Below the pieces are notes generated by a model that was not told the origin of the DNA, made no database searches, and saw only the letters and a list, made by a program, of their open reading frames with translations. 64,000 bases of DNA from a virus (lineage: Duplodnaviria > Caudoviricetes), in IMG/VR virus record IMGVR_UViG_3300032310_000320, positions 1 to 64,000 of that record; one strand, 5' to 3'. The position numbers and the translations under genes are program-made. Numbering within the stretch: the first letter of the stretch is position 1; each line of letters opens with the position of its first letter. Positions 43,279 to 51,803 of this stretch are shown in pieces.

Positions 43279-45198
43279 TTATTGTGGAGGTGGTGCTCCA
43301 CCGCCTTGTTGTGCCATAGCCGCACCATTTGCGGCATTTGTCTTTGTCTCGCGCCGCATCTGAGTCATGCGCTCTTTAACCAGCGCATGCATCGTAGGAT
43401 TGGCCTGCTTCAACTTACGCAGTTCCGAATCCTTAACACCTTCAGGGATACCGAGCAACTGCTGCGCAATACTGTCCGCAGCTGCCATCATATCCTGAGG
43501 CGTCTGTTGTACGTTAGGTCCTGTTGCCGCCAGATACTGCGTAACAGGTCCTTGAGGCATACCACCCTGCGAAGGATCACCACCGGGAGGAGCAGCGCCG
43601 CCTTGAGGAGGAGCACCGCCGGGAGGAGCAGCGCCACCTTGAGCCGGATCGCCTGTCTGACCTTTGGCGATCTGCTGCGCAAATCCCTGCTGTTCCATTT
43701 CTTCCTGCATCCGAGATTGCGTTTCGGACTGGAACCGTGCTTCTTCCGCAATTTGCTTCTGTTCTTGGCGCCAGTCGTAACCCATGTCGCGCAACACAGT
43801 GGAACCCGACAACTGCTGAGACATCATCATCTGCGCAGCCATCATTTGCTTTTCGAGGTTGTCCGCAATCGTGATCCTCTTGAGAGACGTCTTGACCGTT
43901 TCCCACGAGCGGATACGACTGATTTCCGAAGTCAACCAACGCAAAAACTTGTTGGCGTCATTGACCAACGGATGGTGAGTAGCCTCAAACAACCTCAGAG
44001 CCACAGGAGCAGTCTGAAGTTGGAGACTACCATTGTACAATTCCACAGGAGTACCGCAGTCATTCAAAAGGCGTTCATAGCCTTGAGCGATAAGATCTGT
44101 CGGAGCCAGTTGCTTGGCGTCGGCACCAAACATCTGGAAATTAACAGGGAATGGGAAAACTTGAATCGAGGCTGGGTCTCTGCGCCTGCGTCTAATCATT
44201 TGCAGAGCTTGGTTACGGAAGTCACCTCCGTCATACATCATCAGAGGATCGCTTGCGCCACCTGAAGGACCACCTGCGCCTTGTCGTGGCTGTGGTGTGA
44301 TGATCCTAAAAGGAATGACGTAATCAAGAGCAATGGCTTCGTTGAATCTGTGCAAAACCTGTACGTACCAGATCTGCCTGAAGTTGGACAACAACCTTGG
44401 AATGCCCCAACCACGATTGATCATTCCCGAAAGAGTTGGTTCTTTCATGTGGTAAATAGCGTCAGGATGGAAACGGAATACTTGGTTGTGCTGAACGGCT
44501 TTCAACACTTCCATGTCCACGCGCTCTAAGTGAAACAGATTACCCTGTCGGATCTGGCGCCTATAGTCTTCGGGGATACGCCAGATGTAATGCACGTCTT
44601 CGGTGTAGAGATCATGCAGCAATTCAATTTCGTGTACGTTCCAGTGCTTGACCTTGATCTTGGTTTCGTCTTTCTCGTCCTTAACTTTCCACGGACCTCT
44701 GTAAGATTCTTTGCCCCGGGTCTTGCACACAGGACACGAGGCTATGAAGTCAGGCATCGACCATGAGAAATTAAAAACCTTATTCTCAAAGATTTCCTTG
44801 AGTGGCGCTTGGTATCCACACTTGGGACAACTTAGAAACCTACGGAAAGGAACAACGACACTACTGAAACCGTTGCCATAGCACATACGATTGCGCAAGG
44901 CCTTTTGGATCTCACCAATAATGTCCAAGTCATCTCTAAGGTATTCTTCCCACTTAGTTCTTTCGTCTTCAGAAGCTCCGTCGATAATGACATCTGTAAG
45001 GAAGTAACTGATGATGCGTTCCATGGCCATACGATAGGTGCCATGGTAATTCCAAATAAACTCACACCAGTACAACGCTGATCTGATGTTTTGGGGAATG
45101 GAGAGACTGGCTACGTCCATGAACGGATCTGGAAACTCAGCGCCACCGCCAAGTCCCGAGAAACGTGTGAACTGCCCACGCATCAACGCCGAAGTCAT
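43279..45198 (-). CDS. Probable portal protein with Zn-ribbon insertion
   Basis: Helical N-terminus then YGNGF, 'FHPDAIYHMK..RGWGIPRL' and a Gln/Pro/Gly-rich tail, as in Caudoviricetes portals; CPKC..CPVC insertion. Confidence 0.55.
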   Translation of the reverse strand: MTSALMRGQFTRFSGLGGGAEFPDPFMDVASLSIPQNIRSALYWCEFIWNYHGTYRMAMERIISYFLTDVIIDGASEDERTKWEEYLRDDLDIIGEIQKALRNRMCYGNGFSSVVVPFRRFLSCPKCGYQAPLKEIFENKVFNFSWSMPDFIASCPVCKTRGKESYRGPWKVKDEKDETKIKVKHWNVHEIELLHDLYTEDVHYIWRIPEDYRRQIRQGNLFHLERVDMEVLKAVQHNQVFRFHPDAIYHMKEPTLSGMINRGWGIPRLLSNFRQIWYVQVLHRFNEAIALDYVIPFRIITPQPRQGAGGPSGGASDPLMMYDGGDFRNQALQMIRRRRRDPASIQVFPFPVNFQMFGADAKQLAPTDLIAQGYERLLNDCGTPVELYNGSLQLQTAPVALRLFEATHHPLVNDANKFLRWLTSEISRIRSWETVKTSLKRITIADNLEKQMMAAQMMMSQQLSGSTVLRDMGYDWRQEQKQIAEEARFQSETQSRMQEEMEQQGFAQQIAKGQTGDPAQGGAAPPGGAPPQGGAAPPGGDPSQGGMPQGPVTQYLAATGPNVQQTPQDMMAAADSIAQQLLGIPEGVKDSELRKLKQANPTMHALVKERMTQMRRETKTNAANGAAMAQQGGGAPPPQ

Positions 45199-45211
45199 GC
45201 TGCCATTCCTT

Positions 45212-45223
45212 ATAAGTGCTTAT
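45212..45223. promoter_or_regulatory. Palindrome ATAAGYRCTTAT
   Basis: ATAAGTGCTTAT directly upstream of the portal RBS. Confidence 0.55.
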
Positions 45224-45227
45224 TGAA

Positions 45228-45404
45228 TTACTTGCGGCGGCAGGCATCCGCAGCTTCGTCCATCAACCGGGAAGCTATGTGCTGATCCACGGCGGACTCG
45301 GCTTGCTTCTCTGTAGAACAAGCACTGCCACATTTACCCGAACAACCCTTTTGGATGGGACTGTCGGGTGTCTGCTCAGTAATAATACCGCGCTTTTCAA
45401 TCAT
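45228..45404 (-). CDS. Small Cys-containing protein (58 aa, not in ORF track)
   Basis: MIEKRGIITEQTPDSPIQKGCSGKCGSACSTEKQAESAVDQHIASRLMDEAADACRRK; GGAG RBS; fills the gap between two genes. Confidence 0.55.
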   Translation of the reverse strand: MIEKRGIITEQTPDSPIQKGCSGKCGSACSTEKQAESAVDQHIASRLMDEAADACRRK

Positions 45405-45416
45405 GACAGGACTCCA

Positions 45417-46499
45417 TCAATCATCTACATCTTCAACGTCATCTTTATCTACTGTAACAAGGATGATGCAGTCAAACACGCCGAACGCAAACTTAAGCCC
45501 GAAATACTTGGTGTCGTATATGGTGTCCTTCTCCTTAGTCTTGTTGGGCTTGGGTGCCGGAACAATGACTTTGAGAGGCAAACCATCGGGATGTGTTTCG
45601 TGATTGTAGGGTGGGCAAAACTGTTGGCCGTCAGCGTAGCGCGTGTCATATACAAGGACCACGCAGCCATCTCCGGCAAAAATACCGTGGAACCAAGTAG
45701 ACATAGACCCAAAACCGGGGAGCTCGATAAAGACCTGAGTCTTGGCCTTTTGAGGATTAGGCCCAGTCACGAAAGGAATTTCCAAAGCCTCGTAACCCAT
45801 GCTGCCACTTACGTCTGGTGCATCTTCTGACATGACAGGCTCCTCAGGTGTAACGATCTTTTTAACAGGGGAAGGCGCTGATTCGGATCTGGGCATGTTG
45901 GCTTGCATCATGGCTGCAAGTTGAGAAACTTGCGCCATAAGTTGAGCCATGACTAATTGATTGGGATCAGTAGCCGGAGCAGCTTGAGGTAAAGGTGCGG
46001 GTCCGCCGATAGGTGGCAACACCGGTTCCATGTTTGTCGTGGCATTGGCAGGAATGACATAGGCTTCGGGACTACCTTCACTATCGGCCTTGGGCACGAT
46101 GTAGGTATTGGGCATCAAGTGGTTTGCCCTGTCCGCTTTGGCCGCTGGTTTTTTAGTGGCCAATTTCTTGGATGCACTGAGTTCAGCAAAGATCTTGACG
46201 GGATCTTCTGCACCGTGCTTAGCGAATACACGTTGATATGTGGCTTTGTCAATGTTGGCTAAATCCACGACAATGTTGCCACCCTTCTCGTCAGGGTCCA
46301 CGCAAACAACATCAGGAACGTTGTGATCAAAGCCTTTACTGCGTCCGTCATTCTTGCCGTAAGAACCGGGAATGACAGCGTAATCTCCCGTAATACCGCC
46401 CCCAAGCAAATACCTTTGTCTATCATCCGGCTGATGATAATGCGCGTCATCAGGGGTGAAACGCTTGGTACCCTCAGGCAACACCATCGGATCAGACAT
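45417..46499 (-). CDS. Hypothetical protein
   Basis: 360 aa ORF, GGAG RBS. Confidence 0.65.
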   Translation of the reverse strand: MSDPMVLPEGTKRFTPDDAHYHQPDDRQRYLLGGGITGDYAVIPGSYGKNDGRSKGFDHNVPDVVCVDPDEKGGNIVVDLANIDKATYQRVFAKHGAEDPVKIFAELSASKKLATKKPAAKADRANHLMPNTYIVPKADSEGSPEAYVIPANATTNMEPVLPPIGGPAPLPQAAPATDPNQLVMAQLMAQVSQLAAMMQANMPRSESAPSPVKKIVTPEEPVMSEDAPDVSGSMGYEALEIPFVTGPNPQKAKTQVFIELPGFGSMSTWFHGIFAGDGCVVLVYDTRYADGQQFCPPYNHETHPDGLPLKVIVPAPKPNKTKEKDTIYDTKYFGLKFAFGVFDCIILVTVDKDDVEDVDD

Positions 46500-46531
46500 G
46501 CGTTAAATACTCCACAAGGTTAATAGCTGCA

Positions 46532-46560
46532 AGTGTATGAAGGAAGGGGTTTTGGTACAA
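46532..46560 (-). promoter_or_regulatory. Possible sigma70-type promoter
   Basis: TTGTAC-17 nt-TACACT. Confidence 0.35.
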
Positions 46561-46573
46561 GTTCGGTTCTCTG

Positions 46574-46624
46574 ATAGCTAAAAAAAAGACTAGGACACCC
46601 GGGAGTTACCCGGATGTCCTAGCC
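46574..46624 (-). terminator. Intrinsic terminator T9
   Basis: CTAGGACA-CCCGGG..CCCGGA-TGTCCTAG with A8 and ATAGCT. Confidence 0.8.
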
Positions 46625-46630
46625 TAAACA

Positions 46631-46879
46631 TTAGTTGTTCAGCATCAAGTGCTGAACTGCTTTAAGAGTTTCAATTAACAAATGGCGCGCGCCATTTGTT
46701 AATCGGCCCTCCTCGGTCCATCTAATTTGCCCGCAGGGCAAATTAGACTTGGCCGCTGAAGCAGCGGCCTTGAACAATTTCTGTTCTGAGGGCGTCATTT
46801 CAACGCCCTCTATCAGTCCTGTTACTATGTATGCCGCCTCAATGGCGGCGTGATCCGAAACTAGAACTTCGCTGTGCAT
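46631..46879 (-). CDS. Small hypothetical protein (putative early gene)
   Basis: GGAGG RBS supports ATG at 46879; ORF track 46631..47026. Confidence 0.6.
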   Translation of the reverse strand: MHSEVLVSDHAAIEAAYIVTGLIEGVEMTPSEQKLFKAAASAAKSNLPCGQIRWTEEGRLTNGARHLLIETLKAVQHLMLNN

Positions 46880-46937
46880 TGCGAAACCTCCACTCAAGAG
46901 CCAGTAGTCCTTACTGGCGCACAGGTAAATACCTGTA

Positions 46938-46971
46938 CATGTTATATGACGCATTTTTGCTGCGAATTTAG
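46938..46971 (-). promoter_or_regulatory. Conserved 34-bp element P8
   Basis: CTAAAT-N12-TGCGTCATATAACATG. Confidence 0.7.
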
Positions 46972-47180
46972 CTGCGTGGTTTGTAGGGTGTCCAGTCTTC
47001 TGCGACTGTGCACCAACGCCGAGCATCCTTCTTAGCCATAATTACATTCGTGACTTTGCAATAATTCACGGCGCCACACTTACAGGCATCATCGAACATG
47101 CTGTAGAGATGCAATGATTCAGGCGTAGGATCATCAGGTGCGATTACAACTTTCTTGCACACAGAACATTGAACCACCAT
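46968..47180 (-). CDS. Small Cys-rich (Zn-ribbon-like) protein
   Basis: CSVC..CKC..C; CAGGAG RBS. Confidence 0.55.
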   Translation of the reverse strand: MVVQCSVCKKVVIAPDDPTPESLHLYSMFDDACKCGAVNYCKVTNVIMAKKDARRWCTVAEDWTPYKPRS

Positions 47181-47231
47181 GACGATCTCCTGTGATTACA
47201 CGCAATGGTAGTTTATTAAAACACCTGTGCA

Positions 47232-47279
47232 ATAGTTAAAAAAAAGATCCCGTCCAAGCCCGAAGGCAAGGACGGGACC
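47232..47279 (-). terminator. Intrinsic terminator T10
   Basis: TCCCGTCC-AA-GCC-CGAA-GGC-AA-GGACGGGA with A8. Confidence 0.8.
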
Positions 47280-47286
47280 TAATCGC

Positions 47287-48345
47287 TTAGGACGCAAGGA
47301 TGTTGCGTTCAAAAGCAAGGTCGATCACTAATCCTCCGGGATACCGGAGGAATGGAGTATCCCACCCCTCCGTAATTACGGGAGGCGTGAGAACAAATGT
47401 GTCCGCCTCCTCCAAGTAATTATCCTGCACGAGGCTTGTCACCTCATAGCAGTGCCCGTTGGAACTAGGAAGTTCCAACAGACCGCGCCCCGCAAGGCGG
47501 GTGGGGAACAACATGTCCCCACCCGCAAGCTGCACGCCTTGAGCGCGCAACCAATCACAAAGGACATCGACGGTATCACCGCCGATGTGGTTAATAATTT
47601 CCTGCCACCCTGCGGTGGCACGATTGTTAGTAACGTCCCAATTGGACAATGGCGGCCGTTGACCGGGCAACAGTCCGAGCGATGCCGCAACGGCGACCTC
47701 GCTAATTAAAACCCGGGGGAAATGATTCCCCTCCCAGACAGCGGCGTTCAAGAACGCCTCTATCAAATCCGCCGGAACCCGGCACATTGGCACGGGTTCC
47801 CCCTGCCCTTTTGGTTGATACGGGATAACTTTACCCTCGAAAGGGTTGATTAAGATTTGCCCCGGGGCAAACTCAATCCCTGCCTCTTTGAGGTCCGACA
47901 CAAACATGGGACGCAGATCGTCCCATGTTGCGCGGACCGTTGCCGCAGTGGACATTGCAACGTCCACGGCCACCGCCGCCACGAACTGGCGTGGTGCCAG
48001 TTCGTGGTCAAGATTGACGTTTCGCCATCCCACCGCATCGGTGGTGGCGTTCATGCCCCCAACGTAGGGGCCGAACGGCAAACAGCGAATAATCGCTGCC
48101 GTGGGCCGTGTGCCGGCGTACTGCCGGCCATCCAAGAAGGCTGGCGGTGCGTCTTGCACCACCAGCCATTCCCCCGAGGTGACAAAGCACCTCGAGTTGA
48201 CCATTTCGATGGAATCGGCCATAAGGCCGATCCCAACATTGCCTCGGTATTTACCGAGGACAAGGTCATGGTGCCATCCGAAGATGGCCTGCGCGCCCTC
48301 GATGGCGCCATCAAGTTTAGAAACCACGGTCGCATCCATAGCCAT
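47287..48345 (-). CDS. Hypothetical protein, GC-rich (putative early gene)
   Basis: GGAG RBS supports ATG at 48345; between P9 and T10. Confidence 0.6.
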   Translation of the reverse strand: MAMDATVVSKLDGAIEGAQAIFGWHHDLVLGKYRGNVGIGLMADSIEMVNSRCFVTSGEWLVVQDAPPAFLDGRQYAGTRPTAAIIRCLPFGPYVGGMNATTDAVGWRNVNLDHELAPRQFVAAVAVDVAMSTAATVRATWDDLRPMFVSDLKEAGIEFAPGQILINPFEGKVIPYQPKGQGEPVPMCRVPADLIEAFLNAAVWEGNHFPRVLISEVAVAASLGLLPGQRPPLSNWDVTNNRATAGWQEIINHIGGDTVDVLCDWLRAQGVQLAGGDMLFPTRLAGRGLLELPSSNGHCYEVTSLVQDNYLEEADTFVLTPPVITEGWDTPFLRYPGGLVIDLAFERNILAS

Positions 48346-48405
48346 CTTAAAGACTCCAAATGCATACGACCGCTGCTCATCCGAAGTGGATAAACAACGG
48401 TCGAG

Positions 48406-48440
48406 CATGTAATATGACGCGTTTCGGTCTATCTATTTAG
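48406..48440 (-). promoter_or_regulatory. Conserved element P9 (35 bp)
   Basis: CTAAAT-N13-CGCGTCATATTACATG. Confidence 0.65.
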
Positions 48441-49072
48441 TCGTCGAAATCATCGTCGGTCAAAGGTGGTTTTGGTTGTTGCCGTACTGCCGGTTTCTTA
48501 TCTTCTTTAAACGTGACGCTAGTAATCATTTCAATCGGACCAAAGTAATAATCGGCTTGCATCTTAACTGTGTCTCTCAACACTTCGGTATCCACTTCGG
48601 TCACAGCCCCGTTCTTGACAACAGGGATTGTGACCGCCGTAGCTCCGTCAGGCAGATACAAATAACGCTGAGGTCCCTTACTCACCGGCAGAGCAATTCC
48701 ATACAGAGGAAACACGTAAACATCTTTGCCTTCAGCCGAACTAAGATACTTAGCCAATGCCACCAGTGTCTTCATGTTCTTGAGCTTGGGTGTCTCGCCA
48801 TCAGCACACTCAACGATCCAATACCCTACAGAAGCAAAGTTAGGAACAACATCACCGGGAACCATCTCAGCCGTGGCTTCTTCTTGAATGATGGTTCTGG
48901 CAAAATCACTTAGCTTGGCAAAACTGTTCTTGAAGTGTTGTTCGTCATCGTACGTAACAGATTTCTGTGCCGCAAAGTCTCTAGCAATAAACCCACCATA
49001 CGGTTCCTGTGCCGCAAGCTTGGCTACGTTTGTCAAATGCGCCCACCATGCATCCCATTGTGACAGCGCCAT
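48437..49072 (-). CDS. Hypothetical protein
   Basis: 211 aa ORF overlapping neighbours by stop/start. Confidence 0.6.
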   Translation of the reverse strand: MALSQWDAWWAHLTNVAKLAAQEPYGGFIARDFAAQKSVTYDDEQHFKNSFAKLSDFARTIIQEEATAEMVPGDVVPNFASVGYWIVECADGETPKLKNMKTLVALAKYLSSAEGKDVYVFPLYGIALPVSKGPQRYLYLPDGATAVTIPVVKNGAVTEVDTEVLRDTVKMQADYYFGPIEMITSVTFKEDKKPAVRQQPKPPLTDDDFDD

Positions 49073-49716
49073 TAGTTACCACTTTCCGCCAAAGGGTTTT
49101 TGCCTGCAATGAACGCGTCAAGAAATCGTTGCATCTCAGGCTCAGGATCTAGACGTATCGGGAAGGGCATAATCTCGTCAGGCTTAAACGCAATGGTGCT
49201 GGTGTTGGAAATAATCCCAAACGCTTTTATAGGGATGACACTATTTACAAGCGTGTGTAAATCCGCAGCCAGAGGATCCAAGATGTTGAAAGCCTGTATT
49301 CCGTACTTCGCAACCAATTTGCGTTCGACACTCAGCATCGTAATACCGCAGATATGATTCTCTACAGCAGGCCATTGATCCTTGGTGACTGCAAACAACG
49401 TGCGATTCCAGTCTGTAACTCCGGGCTTGACGGGCAAATGCTGGAACATTGGGGAATAGAACTTATGCTTGTAGAGCTTCAAAGGCTCAAACATGTCTTT
49501 CTGCAAATCGATGAAATGTCCATCAACAAAAGCACCGTGCAAATTAGCCAACGCAGGCGTGAAAAACACAAAGTCACCCGTCATCTCGTAAAGAGATTTT
49601 GCCGCACCAATTGGCAAAGGGTGCTTCATGAATTTCTCGTTGAAGTCATAGGCTGTGCCTAGACTCACTATGTCTTGCGTCGGTCTATTTGCACGGTCTT
49701 GTTGTTGACGTGACAT
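49072..49716 (-). CDS. Hypothetical protein
   Basis: 214 aa ORF. Confidence 0.6.
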   Translation of the reverse strand: MSRQQQDRANRPTQDIVSLGTAYDFNEKFMKHPLPIGAAKSLYEMTGDFVFFTPALANLHGAFVDGHFIDLQKDMFEPLKLYKHKFYSPMFQHLPVKPGVTDWNRTLFAVTKDQWPAVENHICGITMLSVERKLVAKYGIQAFNILDPLAADLHTLVNSVIPIKAFGIISNTSTIAFKPDEIMPFPIRLDPEPEMQRFLDAFIAGKNPLAESGN

Positions 49717-49717
49717 A

Positions 49718-50398
49718 TTAGTCGTTCAAAAACCCTAGTTGTGCAGCCAACTCAGTTATCAGCCAGCTATCGTGTTGTACATTAACGTGGGGCTTTGTCC
49801 AATTGCAAATATCCCACTTCTTGGCCGAGTCTTCAGAACTCCATGGCTTTCGCAGCTTAAGTACAATCGGCCACGACAGCGAGAACTCAGATGGCATCAC
49901 AGCTTCCGTGATATCTCTGTGATTAGGATTGTTGTACCAAAGCCTCAAAGGAACCTTAACCTTGCTGTCTGGCAACGTACAATCCAACCCAAGCATCTTC
50001 AAGAACAGGCGCGTATCAAACCCAATGAACACAACATTAGAATGCGTCGTGTCCAGTATATCCCCAGCAAACGCGTCAGGGTTATTGCGCAAGATCCACG
50101 AGGCTGCGGCTTCTGCAACCGTCAAACCATCTTCAGCATCCCGGTCTTTGCTGGACCACTTACCAATGATCTGCTTCTGCAAGTCCACAAGCATGATCTC
50201 ATCGAACGTACCCGTGTAAGGTTGATTAGCTGCATCGGCCTCGAAACTATCCTTGCGTTCCTTAATGTACTTAGCGATCTTGTCGGCGTCCTTGTAGTTA
50301 GAGGGCGCCTTGAACTCTGGAGTCATCGAAGCAATGTTATCGGGATCAACGAGAGTAGTCGTGAACGAAACAATGATCCGCGTAGTCTTGTTACTCAT
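49718..50398 (-). CDS. Degenerate PolB-type 3'-5' exonuclease-like protein
   Basis: APSNYKDADKIAKYI...PYTG and VFIGFD resemble stand-alone phage PolB-exo proteins, but the first DxE motif reads SFTT. Confidence 0.35.
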   Translation of the reverse strand: MSNKTTRIIVSFTTTLVDPDNIASMTPEFKAPSNYKDADKIAKYIKERKDSFEADAANQPYTGTFDEIMLVDLQKQIIGKWSSKDRDAEDGLTVAEAAASWILRNNPDAFAGDILDTTHSNVVFIGFDTRLFLKMLGLDCTLPDSKVKVPLRLWYNNPNHRDITEAVMPSEFSLSWPIVLKLRKPWSSEDSAKKWDICNWTKPHVNVQHDSWLITELAAQLGFLND

Positions 50399-50405
50399 AC
50401 GTTCC

Positions 50406-51302
50406 TCAGGTGATGTTGCCATTGTCGTCTACCCGGCGCAACTGGCTGAATACGCGCAGTTGCTCATACTCGGGTCCGGTAATATCTGAATCCGTCGTCG
50501 GCACCGCTCCAAGCAATGCCGAACCTAGCTGTTGACACATACGCCAAATAACCTTGTGCGCGTTACCAGCCGTAGCGCCGACAGGTTGACCCACGAATAA
50601 CTCAGGGTGGGCCAACGCCAAATCATCAACAATAACCAAGTCAGGCGGTACATCCATTTGCTTGAGAATGGATATAGACGTGAACTTGCCAAAGGTGCTG
50701 GGATTCTTAGCGACATCTTTCCACTGTTCTGCCGAAAACGAACAGTACATGGCAGACTGCTTATCAGGCTCAGGCTGCATGCCAAAGCGTAGAACTACCA
50801 TACCAGCTATTTCTGCTGCGGCGGACGTGGCGTTCAACAAGGCACTGACTTGAGTTGGATCACCCGCCAGCGTCAAAGACCTGTCTCTAGCAAGTGTCAT
50901 CGTGTCAGATGGGAGCCTGAACCCTAGCGGTACAGGTGTCTCCCTTCGGCGTTGTTCCAGTACAAGAAGCTGCTCTTCCTCAATCTTGGAATGTTCAACC
51001 ATCTTTTCCTGAAGCCACGGAAGCACAGCACTATGCAATCCCGTGAACAGTTGCTTTTCCTGAAACGGCTTAGCGGCAGCGTGCATGGCCGACTGCACGA
51101 TAATGTCACACGACAAGGGATGGTACTCAGCATCATCCTTGGGAGTGTCAAGCATCTTCTGCAATTCCGAATACGCTACCACATAGGCTCGGCGCAACGA
51201 CAGAAGCACATTGAAAATGCGTAAGCCTTCGGGGTCTTCTAGAAACCTAGACACGTCCTGAGTTGCTTCGACCTGTGCCTTGTCCGCTTCTGTCACTTCC
51301 AT
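50406..51302 (-). CDS. Hypothetical protein
   Basis: 298 aa ORF; DLVIVDD (Walker-B-like) without an intact Walker A. Confidence 0.55.
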   Translation of the reverse strand: MEVTEADKAQVEATQDVSRFLEDPEGLRIFNVLLSLRRAYVVAYSELQKMLDTPKDDAEYHPLSCDIIVQSAMHAAAKPFQEKQLFTGLHSAVLPWLQEKMVEHSKIEEEQLLVLEQRRRETPVPLGFRLPSDTMTLARDRSLTLAGDPTQVSALLNATSAAAEIAGMVVLRFGMQPEPDKQSAMYCSFSAEQWKDVAKNPSTFGKFTSISILKQMDVPPDLVIVDDLALAHPELFVGQPVGATAGNAHKVIWRMCQQLGSALLGAVPTTDSDITGPEYEQLRVFSQLRRVDDNGNIT

Positions 51303-51311
51303 TACACACTC

Positions 51312-51548
51312 CTAAGAAAAATGCCGGGCCAGTACGGAACGCTTGCTGCACGAAGGCATCAACAAACGTTTCTTGTAACCATTGCCTACATTAACGCCAC
51401 GGTAGTAAATCACAGCCTGAATCAACTTACCAACAAACTTGTACTGCGTCTTGTAGCTACTTTTGCCTTTACCAACTTGTATCAAGAATTCAGTCTCATC
51501 GGTGTACGCAATATTCTTGCCGTCAAGCTCAGATATGTATGTCTGCAT
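51312..51548 (-). CDS. Small basic hypothetical protein (paralogue pair, copy 1)
   Basis: FLIQVGKG..GYKKRLLMP..LAR shared with 51558..51803. Confidence 0.6.
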   Translation of the reverse strand: MQTYISELDGKNIAYTDETEFLIQVGKGKSSYKTQYKFVGKLIQAVIYYRGVNVGNGYKKRLLMPSCSKRSVLARHFS

Positions 51549-51557
51549 GGTCGTCCC

Positions 51558-51803
51558 TTAAACGTTGTAAGTACGTGCCAGTATGTGACGCTTGGTTCCG
51601 TAAGGCATCACTAATCGTTTTTTATCGCCCTTCTCAAGTTGAATGCTGTCGTAACATTCAAGAGCCAACTTTAGATTTCCTCTTATCGACTTTGCGACGG
51701 AATAGGCATCGCTGCCCGAACCTACTTGCAGTAAGAACAATGTGGAGCTGTGCCAAATGATCTGTCTTCCCTTGTAAATAATCGATCGTAACTTTGTCAT
51801 CAC
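51558..51803 (-). CDS. Small basic hypothetical protein (paralogue pair, copy 2)
   Basis: FLLQVGSG..GDKKRLVMP..LAR. Confidence 0.6.
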   Translation of the reverse strand: MMTKLRSIIYKGRQIIWHSSTLFLLQVGSGSDAYSVAKSIRGNLKLALECYDSIQLEKGDKKRLVMPYGTKRHILARTYNV

